NCBI GenBank assembly: GCA_964035545.1
Contig: OZ037765.1
Location: forward strand, 19,592,995-19,656,994
Origin: Bugula neritina
Taxonomy: Eukaryota > Animalia > Bryozoa
Length of the DNA stretch: 64,000 nucleotides
Direction: 5' to 3'
Part shown: positions 1 through 11,300 of the stretch, piece after piece
Position numbering within the stretch: position 1 is the first letter of the stretch
Layout of the letters: every line of letters starts with the position of its first letter
Position numbers and translations under genes: made by a program
Notes under the pieces: generated by a model
Database searches by the model: none
What the model was told of the DNA's origin: nothing
What the model saw: the letters and a program-made list of their open reading frames with translations, nothing else

Positions 1-1981
1 TAAGGAGACTGTTAAGTGTAGAGGTAGAGGCAAAGTTAAAAACCACTTCTACTTGTACTTGGCACCGAATATGATTTGTGCAAAGCCAGCCTACTGTATA
101 ACTCAGTATAAACAATAGGAAAACGTAATTATTTTAAAATATCAGTGATTACACTGACACTCACTCTCAGTCTCACAGTGGCAGTGATAGAGTTTCAGTG
201 TGAGTCACCGGGTGTCAGTGTGACAGTATCACTATCGGTATGAGTACGACTATCACTCTGATGTCATAATTATTGAGTACCAGTATGAGCATCAGGATCA
301 GTATGACATTTACTATCACTATGATTGTACGAGTACGCCGTACGGGTACCATAGGCTGATAAGTCATTAAGTGATAGGGCTTGGCGTAGTGCGAGTACCA
401 TTACGGTTACGGGCACTAACAGTAGCTCTAATAGTAATATCTGTTATAGCCTGACATTGCATAAAGCTAAAAGATGTAATGGCTTTTTCATGTTAGCTTC
501 AGCGCTTGTTTTGTTTATTTATATACAGCTATATCAGCTTTTCTGTGCAAGTTAATATATAAGGTGGTAACACTTCTACTGTTTTCATTGTAAATTATTT
601 TATGATCAATACACCTGTTTGAAACACAACAATATCAATCTGAATGTTAAATTTAATTGAAATTCAATTTACCTTTAGCTTTAGTAATTTTTGTGTTACT
701 TTAATATTTATCACATGAATTTAATTTTTTATGCTTATACTTGTACTTGTAGTTATACTAGTATTAACTCCGACTGTAATAAGTTAAATTTAACCTTATA
801 CTAATAGTAATAGTAATACTTCTAGTTATAGTCAAATCAAAAAATAGTGCAGATGCCAATGGTGCAGGCGAGTACTTACTCATAATCATACTCGTTGTCT
901 TATACCCAGTCCCATACTTACACTTACAGTTACTTACAGTTACTGATACTCATACTACTAGCCATACTCATAATGATAGTCGTACTGATACTGTTTAAAC
1001 TAAGACTCATTGAGTGCTCAGCCTCATGACTTATAGTTTCAGACTGTAGACTAAAGCATAGTTTTGCACTTGCAGTATTTATACTTATAGTTACACATAC
1101 AGCTGCAGTTAACTTAGCCTTAAGCTTATGGTTTTAAAAGTAATTGTTTAATATTACTATTAGCAAGTTTTAGTTCATGTTCTTTCATAATATTAATTAT
1201 ATTAACAAGCAACAATGCTAGCAGGTATACTATAATTATTATTGTCATATGTCTAGAGATTGTATTTTTATTAGTGGTTCTTGTTGGACAGTTTCAATTT
1301 GGCTTCCAAGTCTCTATTTTCTATTGCTAAACCTAGGCATATCAAAGACTCAGCTGATAAATTCAGTTTCACTATTTTAAATTCTGCATATTGACTCTAA
1401 TTGGTATTTTTCTTATATGCAAACAATGTTGAGCGTCATTTATAATCATAATAACAGCTCCATTTTATACATGCAAGGTTTGCCAACGCTGATTTAATTT
1501 GAATTGTGTTGGTTTAAGGGAAGAAGCTGTTTGTTAAAATTAGAATATAAGGGTGCAGAAACGATAAGGTTTTTGTGTCAAAAAACTCACACTTAGGTAA
1601 CAGTGAAAAATGTTGAGAAAATAAAAGTTTTTGGTTTCTAATTGTTTATGGTTGTAAGCTGAAAAATAGTAAGGAACATTAAGCATCACTACTATAAAGT
1701 ATGAAAATCACTAATAGTTAGTGCAGGTATCATTTTCATAACATATGCAACAACAAAATGATCTAGAGATCTTACTACTCATGTACAATACCAAACAAAA
1801 ACATGAAAAAACATACAAAAGTTAATATAATAGCATCTTCATATTTAATAACTTTTACACAGCATTTTACTTCAAGCTAAAACCATCTGACTATTGCAAT
1901 AACATAGAAATAAATTTAAAAGCTATTCAATATTTGTAGGGCCATGTAAGCGTAGAGCCACACGACGCGATTTACACGTGG

Positions 1982-3146
1982 GTGACGTGTGAGAAAACCC
2001 GTTTAGCCCAAAAATGGGACGTTGTGTGCGGGTTTTCATGCGTCTAGCATGCTGAGCGAGAAGTGCGGCAAGCTCATTTGTGTGATCTAATTGGCTTATT
2101 ATCATTTAGCGAGCACACTTTTTTATTTTAATTCACGTTTTAGCTTTTAGCAAACTGAATTAATGGGGCTGCCACACTACAGTCGAAACGCCATCTTGAA
2201 CGCGTTTTCGAGGCTAAGCGATGACCTCTGTGACGTCACAACTGTCTGATTTCTGAACGCAACTGTCAGTTTTTAGCGATGCGATGAAAGTTCGACATGT
2301 CGAACTGTCATCGCTGAAGTTGAGCGATCAGCCAATCACTGACTGGCCAGGTAAACCCTGATTGGTTAAGTGCTTTTACTTTTTCCACGTGCTACTAGCG
2401 AGCATTATTATTTGATTTGGTTCTTCGAAAATTATATTATTTTACTTTTAAAATAATTATGATGAAGTTATGTATGAAAATCCTGATAAATTATGAAAAT
2501 AAGTATTTATTAGATAAATTTTGCTAAATTTTATCTGCATAATATTTAGTTTTTCTAATTTGATTGAATTTTATTAGGGCAGTTAGTTCTTTAGGCTAGT
2601 GAATGAGCTTGAATAAAGCTAGGTAATCTCATTAAATAAAGCTAGTAACTTCGAATAATTTAAGCTAGTCAATTAAAATAAAAATAACCAGTAAATCTTA
2701 TTAAATTATGCTAGTAAATCTCAAAAAATTGCGATAAATTTGATTGCTGGTTACTGTGGATACTGCAAAAACTGAGTTATGGCATTCCTATTGGTTTAAA
2801 AGTTCACTGCGAGACTAGAGACAGTTAGCTTTCATCGTTCGTAGTGAACTGTAGTGTGACCAACAAAAAGTAGGATGTGACGTTGAAGGTATGCGCGAGC
2901 AGCCCCAAAATGGCCGCCACAGTCGAGTTTCAACTGTAGTGTGTCATGGGCATAAAACAGTTTTATATAGTTTGCATTTCCGCTTTTATAATATCTAAAA
3001 TCACTTTGGCGATGACTTAGTTTTAAAAACAAACGTCTGTAGGCGAGCAGTAAAGTTTAACGCTAACATCATTAGCTAATAAATTTCTGCACTCGCAACA
3101 CACGCATTGTGTGTGGCATGTCTAAACGGGTTTTCTCGCACGTCAC
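1982..3146. mobile_element. Non-autonomous DNA transposon (MITE-like) with a second element nested inside
   Basis: Inverted repeats gtgacgtgtgagaaaacccgtttag (1982-2006) and ctaaacgggttttctcgcacgtcac (3122-3146) match with 1 mismatch. An inner inverted pair is gccacactacagtcgaaac (2171-2189) / gtttcaactgtagtgtgtc (2927-2945). Locally GC/CpG-richer than the flanks; no transposase ORF. Confidence 0.65.
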
Positions 3147-3349
3147 AACGCCAACAGATCTAGAAATGTCTGCGCTAATGTATCATATATTTTAAAATCC
3201 TTTATTTATCTAATTTTACCCATACTTCAAGATCAAAATTTTATTTAGAAGGCGGTAAATAGAAGCAGATTGGTGTTGATAATGATTGTAATATTTAATT
3301 TTTTGTTGACTGTTTTAACTATCGTATTGACACACACATTACATGAGCT

Positions 3350-3835
3350 TTGTCATCATCATGTTTCATCCAATCGAAGCAGGTTGACTGTCATAGATCT
3401 CCATTTGCATCCATCTTTTGCCGTTCCTACATATTCTTTGTAGCTCATTTTGGTCCAGTCTTTGATATTGTCCATCAACATGACTGTAGGCTGGTCTCTT
3501 CCTCTCTTTCTTTTGATCTTTACTTCTAATATTGTTCTTTGAATACCATTTTTTAAACAAATGTCCAAAATTGTGCCATTTCGGTTTTGGAACAAATTTT
3601 ATTATTGATATTTTCGCATTTGCCATGTTAAATATCTCTTTATTAGTTTTGTGTTCTGTCGAAGATACTTTCATCATTATTCTATATGACAACATTTCAT
3701 GAGCTTATAATCTCTTAATCGTAGTGACCATGTTTCATATCCATATCTACAATATATTTCGTTTCAACCATTTCAAGGTCCTTTATTTCAAATCACCAAG
3801 ATGTAATTTTTTGTCTAATCAACAAATCTTTTGAA
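3350..3835 (-). mobile_element. Decayed 3' end of an RTE-clade non-LTR retrotransposon (LINE)
   Basis: Two overlapping frameshifted minus-strand ORFs read YRIMMKVSSTEHKTNKEIF...WHNFGHL and ILEVKIKRKRGRDQP...MDNIKDWT...AKDGCKWRSMTVNLL. This matches the typical RTE C-terminal pattern (RxMLxISWxxxxTNxEV...FGH...ILEGKxxGKRxRGRP...WxDNIKxW...AxDRxxWR). A short (TGA)n-like tail follows. Confidence 0.8.
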
Positions 3836-3882
3836 GCACCGAGCATTCAAATAATCTATATCTCACTCATTTTAGGAACAAG

Positions 3883-6800
3883 ATGCCTAAGCGAAAAGCA
3901 CCAAAAAAGAAAGTACGTCATGTATATGTTCCTGAAGGGGATGAAGGCAAAAACCTATCGGCAGCAGACAAAGCTGCCAAACTAGAATCCTTTGTTAAGC
4001 AGTTCGATATGGAAGGTATGCAAATCGCCCTCACCTGGGGAAAGAATGTCCTTGCTTTGTGTACTGTGGTATTTCATCTAGCTAAAGGCTTGAAAACCAG
4101 CTTCATTCTGCAAGCTTTTTGAGACAATTTGATTTTATATAATGTTTTATTTATATTAGTTTTGAGCCATGATGGTTAAATTATTTGAATTTTACTTGAT
4201 ATTTCGTAACCCAACTTGCACCTTCAATTAATCGAAGTAAGTTCTACAGTCAAGGATAAGCTAAAGGCTTTGGAGAAAGAGTGTGAAGTTCAATGTGGTA
4301 TAATAGAGAGCAAGTATCGGGAGCAGATCCTTAGCCTCACGCCTGCTGAGGCAAACATGTCTATTCTAGAGTACAGAAGTAAGTTTTAGTCAGCATGTAG
4401 TAAAAGTAACAACAGTACATGTGACAATTGAGATCCAAACTCAACTTTTAAAAAAGCTTTTTAGCCTTAAAGGACATTTAAAAACAGATTTCGGTCTGCA
4501 TTGCAGTCTTGTGTGTGGATGTTCTAGTGCTGTTTCTAATCAGCATTTCACTGTGTTGACTACTTAGGTGTGTTCTGCGGAGGTATGAAAATCATCAAGA
4601 ATTTGTAATACATGTTCTCCTAAGACCTGGTTTTAAAGTCTATAAATTGAAGTGATAAAATTTTTTTTTCAGAATCATTGTAATATCTTTGTTATAATAT
4701 CAGCACAAGTCACTCAAAATATAATTCAGTACAAAATTTCTATGACAAGATTGCAAGTGGATCATTTTACTTAATTTAGTACACACTGGATATCTTCAGT
4801 TTTTGGCTATTTTTCACAATTTAGCTGGTAATGAACATAGTATTTTGGCCAAAACTAATAAAACACCAATAAATACACCTAAATAATCAAAGTTCTTTTT
4901 AATTTTGCTTTATTTCCTATGTTTTTTCTTAATTATTCAGCTAGTTTTGGTTATGGACCGTAGAAAAAACCGTAACAGTCCGCACATATAGAATATTAAG
5001 TGCATATGACAATGACCTGTGTTTTAATGTTGGGGAATCCCCTCCCAGCCTTTTCTGTTATGCTAGTTAAAACCAGCACATAAAAATAGCATGTACAGTA
5101 AATTTCAATTGATTTTGAGCAAACTTTAATGTTAGGTCATAAGTTGCTGGTGTGCACTAAATGAAGTAAACTGACTCAAGTTTCTCACTTGTTGCATATA
5201 AAAAAGCTTTACATTATCAAATCAGACATTAGATAAGATAGTTTAATTGACTACATATATGCAGTTTATAACTTTACTTCGAACAGTTCATTAGTACACA
5301 TACAAGTAGATTGAAAAATAGCGTGATTATAGTTTTCTTTTTGTTAAAAGCAAAACATGTCATATGTTCAGTTTTTGGTACCTGAGATGAGATCAAGAGA
5401 AAGCAGTGCTCTGATTGACATCACAACTAAGTTCAAAAATAAAATAGTTCTGACAACTGCTTTGTTTCTAGTGCTCTAGCTTGTAGATTGTTTACACTTG
5501 TTTACACATATCTGGTGCGCTCCGTTATATCATGTCTGTACTTTATATATCGCCTATTTTATGTATAATTGCTTTATTACTCTTTAGAAAGTATTCTGGG
5601 AATGGTTTCCTTGTCTAAAAAGAGAGAATCTGAAGTTGGTTTGCCAAATGTTAGCGCCATTTTTAATGACATTGGGAATTTGCAGGCCGAGAACTCTAAA
5701 CAGCCGGAAAAGAAAAAGTAAGTTACGTCCCTACCAATACCTGAACTCAATTAGTTGTGTTGATAATAATATTATTTAGTTTCTTGCTTAATAATGTAAC
5801 TTCAAGTTGAGTCAATTTCCGAGAGTTTTGATGTAAATGTGATAAATAGCAAGTTTTAAAGGAAACCTGCGTTGTACTATGTATTAGGAACAGGTCATCT
5901 TAGTTATCTTCTAGGTTAAAATTATTTAATTTTAACAAAAGTCATTATGTTATTCCGTCAATCAAAATGCTATTTTTCATTCATCTCACTTCTTATCATG
6001 AGAGATAACATTATACGTCTTGTCATAGTATCTTTCAGTTGTCTCATGTAAGTGTGCAGTTTTTTCACTGTCTAGTATGCTATGCAAGATGAGACTTTAG
6101 AGTACGACAGCTCTGTAGGCTTTGAAAGTTCCTCTTATTCAGACATGTCTGTTCTTCTTATGTCTGGCCCATCACTCAGGCCTTTTTATATGTGAATCTT
6201 GTAATCAAAGAGGTGCAAATGTGCGTAGAAAGGCGGGTTCATCCAGGTTCTTTCGTGGTTTGTATCTAAAAACCGGTGTTGCTGACAAAAAGCTGATATT
6301 CAATGCAATATACCTGGCAACAGCTTCTTATTCAAGTTGCACTTTACATCAGTGACTAGTGGCCAATCCTCAATTTCTCATCCAACGATCATGTTGAAGT
6401 CACAAGGTGTAAGCAGTTCGTCTGTGATGATACATCATCCTGTCTTGTATATTTTTTCTCCTCCGGTGTGTCATTGTTGAAGCATAGGCACTAACTATTG
6501 GGGAATAATTATTCTTCAGTGGAAATCATGGAATCATTTATGATTCTCTCTCGCTCCCTCCCTTTCTCCCTCCCTTTCTCTCTCCCTCTCCCTCTCCCCC
6601 TCCCCCTCCCCTTCCCCTCCCCCTCCCCCCTCTCTCTCTCTCTACCTTCAATACTGAACCAGCCACATATTAATTAAAAAGGGAGAAACGGAGCTTGGCT
6701 ACCGTTGCAATTCTGCTGAGAATATTATACATGGGACATAACTTCAACTAGAAGTGTGCATTCCACGCAGTTGGAGAATTTTTAGCAGAAATATTTTTTA

Positions 6801-6975
6801 TGGGCCATACTTCCTTAAAGTAGAGTATTGATTGTCTATATTTCGATTTTCTCCTAGGACTAGAGTGAAAGGGTTTGCAACTCCTGCTGTTGGGCTGACA
6901 AATGAACCATTGTGGACGGCTACTCCTGAACAAACTCCCTTATTTGATAAGAGACTCCTCAATGTGAAGAAATAA
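3883..6975 (+). CDS. CDCA8: Borealin (chromosomal passenger complex subunit) homologue, short form, 169 aa. Exons 3883-4015, 4250-4378, 5588-5717, 6858-6975
   Basis: The spliced product has KLESFVKQFDMEVKDKLKALEKECEVQCGIIESKYREQILSLTPAEANMSILEY, like the Borealin N-terminal helix (human KLASFLKDFDREV...[20 protein letters not shown]). It also has FATPAVG...TPEQTPLFDKRLL, like human VTPAVG...TPGLTPRFDSRVF. All junctions are GT-AG and in phase; total 510 nt. Confidence 0.8.
6548..6645. repeat. Polypyrimidine (CT/C-rich) low-complexity tract in Borealin intron 3
   Basis: Directly visible runs of ctccc and ctct. Confidence 0.9.
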
Positions 6976-8332
6976 CCGATTTATAAACACTGGCTGAGCT
7001 ACGATGCCCACTTCTGAATGGATCCTCTGCTATGAAAATGTGAAATATATTATATGTTTTTATGTCGCGTTAGAATGTATAAAAATTTTACTTCTGACTT
7101 ATTTTATTATTCGTTCATCAACTGACTTGTGTATATTATTATATTATCTATTAGTCTTTGTAAATATTTCACAAACATAAACTTGTTATAATAGGCTATT
7201 TTTCAGTATAAATATAATGTGAACTACTCTTTTGATGAGTCATATGTGTTCCAGGCAATGATCAACTATTACAATAACTTATTAAAAATATTTGAAAGAT
7301 TCTGATACAATCAGACACCAACTTCGCATTAATATTTATGTCTTTTGATGAAAGCTTTCATAACATACCTCAATTCAGTATAAGATATAATAGAAGCACC
7401 GATTCATATTAATTTATTAAAATTGTCCTTGACCTATGTGATATGCTATAACCTAAGCCCTAGATAACGGTGAACTTGAAAAAAATCAAGACTGGATTTG
7501 TCTACTCATCTTTTACCAAATCAAGAAGTGTCTATGATGAGCCAATAAATTTGAATTGCAATAGGCCTATATAGTTTGTAACAGTTTCAAATGGTAATGT
7601 GGAAAGCAGCAAAGATCTTTCAAACAAAGTTTTTGGCTAGCCTATTCCTACTTTAACATTTCTTGGTGAAATATGTATGAAAATAGATTACATCAAGCAA
7701 CCTATTGGTCATTCATAGAAATACATTTCTGAACAAAGCAAAAATAAATAGCTGTTATAAAAGAATGGTCTTCAGTTGGTGATACACTCCAGTGTGGAGT
7801 ATAATCTCTTCTAGTGTTGGCACAAGACACTAAATTAATCTTTTTCTTGTTATTTATTTGCAAACACACAAGGTAAATTTGTTCATGCAAGTACAGAGTT
7901 CAACAAATGAAATCATGCTCCATCAGTCTGTGTCTAGCCTCTAAAATGCAATATATGGCCATAATTGCTCTCAGGAGCTGCGGAATATCCATGTTTAATA
8001 TTGTAATTTGTATTTCCATAACTTCTGGCTGTTGCCTGTGTTGACTCGTATAATAAGAGGGGGAAATACTTCATTAGTCCTAAGATCATACATAACAACT
8101 GATCGCATACCCATTGATTTGCCAGTTTTTACCGAAACATTATTCAATTAGGTTTGGGTATTATATATTGACTGTTGCCTGTGGCTTCATTTATGTGTGA
8201 TCACCATTAGTGGTAGCTGCTCCAAACACTCAGGGTATTGATTCAACTCGCTCCGTGATACCATCAGATGATGTCTTGCTGAAGTTCTTTTCGAAAAGAT
8301 TTTACTCTAAAATTATTGTTTGTAGCTACAAT

Positions 8333-11300
8333 ATGTCGCGTTTAAAGGTGTCATTTTTGTTATTTCTATTGTATTTTGGTGATGCTCACTCATACGCAGC
8401 AAGCAAAAACGGTAAGTAAGATGTAAATTATTTACTATTTTAGGATTATAGAAACCTCCTAATAGATTAGTGCAATGTAATGTAGAAAAATAACAAATAT
8501 AAAAAATAGTTCAACTATATTGTAAAATGCAAGTAAAATGGTAAACAAGCTGTAATTCTTAACCACTTGATATCAATATAACGTAATGTAAAAGTGCTAA
8601 AAATAGTTTAACTGTTGCAAAAAGTGGCATACTAGAGTATACTAGACAACTTATATTTACAGGTTTTCAACTTTAAATATAATGAGTGTGTGTGTGTGAG
8701 TGCGTGCCTTCGTGCATGCGTGCGTGTGTGTGTGCGTGTGTGTGTGCGTGTGAAGTTACTACCAGGCAATGCTCTATTGTAATTCCACAAATTTCAGATG
8801 ATTTGTTTACTCTGCAAAATATGGAGGCTGAGCTAGAAATGTGCTTTGTACGTAAAGTTAAAACGTATTGTGAGACAAAAAAAGCTCAGCAAGATGCCAT
8901 TGTGTCTGATGCTCAACAAGTTTACCAACCCTTGCCTGAAAAACCGAGTATTTTAAATGTTTTGACAGCACATCTTCGTTATATAATTTGTTAAATAGCA
9001 CCAATTCACCACACAATAGACTTTTTACAATGTATGCACATGGCTTATACTTTATTCATTTAAGTCACCTCATTATAATGTATATACATTATCTATAACC
9101 ATTTATATTTGTTTATCTAATGAGCTAATATTAGTTTTGTTTTTTATGTTTTGCTCTAAGTATAATGAAACATTAGTTTAGTGTCACCTATTGTTTGTCT
9201 TAAAATTTTATTATAGTTCTTGGTATTTAAGGTGCAATTGGGAAATAATGTGCATATTATATATTTTGTGTTTCCTTGCTATAATAATTACAGTAAGCCT
9301 GGCATCTACATAATGCGCATTGAATTTCTATACAAACCCTAATATGTTTTGGTTTCAAGGAGCACTTTGTTATAAATAATAGTTTAGATTGCTGAAAAAC
9401 GTTGAAAAGCAGTTTGCAAGTTAATTACTACACGCCTGTAAAATATATTGAAATAATGTCTATTTCTAATTTATACAGAGTCTCTCTCCTACATAGAAGA
9501 TGAACTGTATGAACACATATTTCAACACTACCAAAAGAATTCTATAGCGAAGCTAAGAGTTGGAGGGGCCGTGCAAGTCCGAGTCGGGTTTACACTTATT
9601 CAATTAAACCATCTTGTAAGTATTTTGATTAGGATCATGCATAATATTTAGAAGATATGTGTATGTTACTTAGATTTTTGTACTGAATATATAGGGTGTT
9701 TTTTAAAACTAGTGCTAGATTTCATTAGCAATATGAGAGATAATCTAACATATTGGAGAACTACAACAGGTATTTAATTGTTTTAATTTCTAATTTTATC
9801 AAACAATATTATTTTTATGAAAATACTAACAAAATATGTATATTTACTCTGCTGTAAGCAATCTTGATATCTTGTTAAAAAATTGGTTACAAGGCTGCAA
9901 TAAAGATGCTATTATATTATTTACCGGGAGATCCGTCCAGTTAAGTTATTGTAATTTCAGCAACTTTGGTGGCGTTACAAAAATTAGTTTTATTTTAGCT
10001 CAAAATTAGACAGTGTCAAAATCCCATATCACTTACACATATATAATATTATAGTGATTGTGTCTAGTAACATTTTTATGAATGCTGCTTTTAGACTGCT
10101 TGAAGTAAAAAAGTCAACATTATAGAAAAATATTTGCTAAATTAAACTTTTGGTAGAATAGTGTAGACTTTCTCAGAAATTCTTCTTTGCTCTACCTATG
10201 TCTTTTTAAATTAGATATTACCTGAAAACATATCTTATAGTATATATATAGTTCAAGCTACTAAAAAATGTATATATGCTCTGATTTTACTCGATCACTC
10301 ACATGCTCTCACTTAATCCAAATATTATATACCTATAGTGTATGGTGGGATTGTTTACTAGTATTTTGAGTTTATTGTTTGTAGGATGAAATAAGTCAGG
10401 TGTTGACAACGTCTGGCTGGATGGAGGTGGTGAGTACTGTATGTTTTCTTATACTTTGCAGATGCGAGTTCTTAAAAAGCAGCAAAATCTAACTTCCAAA
10501 TGCTATGTAACTTATATGTTTAACAAAAGTGTGTGTTTACCATTTGATCACAACACACTGTAAGTTAAAAAAAAGATTTACTGACACTTTTAAAATTAGA
10601 TGCCTTTTAACTTTGCATTTCAGTGAATAGAGGATACATTATTTGTGTGAAGTGGCTAACTTATTGAGTTTAAAGCTTTTTTAAATCTAATTTTCAAGAG
10701 CTGTATTCAAATAAATGATAAAAAGCGAAGTGCTGAGCTTAATAGAAAATGTTGATCACAAACATTGTATTAGACTAGTGGATCAATTTCTAGCTGAGCT
10801 ATTGATGATGTCAAAAAAACTTTTAGTCATAATTGCTTCTGTGTCGGTGCCTGGTGCAAAACAATAACCCATTAAAATGAATAAAAAAAAAGCTCAAGTT
10901 TCAATATATTATTATTCCAACTAATATAATTATTTTATTATTAAATAAATATTTTGCTTTCTCCACATTATAAATAACATGTTTATAGCTTATTAAGAAG
11001 TTTTTATGCTTTTTAATTTATGCAGTAGATGTTATGATGAGTTTATGTGCACTTAAATGTGCCCTTTATAGTGTAAGACATGAGCCAACCAATAACTTAT
11101 TTACCATTATGATAATATATCTCAAATAGTTGTGTTAGCCGATCAATAAGGCTGAACTCCTTGCAGTTGTTTAGCTTGCATATCTACTATTAATCTCCTT
11201 AAGACCCTGGGTTGTACAATATGACTGTCATATCAATGCTATTAATCTAAATTGATTTTTTTTTGCTATGCTGACCTCACATGTTTATTGGGATTATATG

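Noticed and set aside
6060-6540. Coding-like, GC-richer stretch in Borealin intron 3 (ORF 6122-6355), and a similar stretch at 7450-8200
   Set aside because: No in-phase exon fitting Borealin, and frames are interrupted by stops. Probably decayed repeat sequence, but I cannot assign a family.
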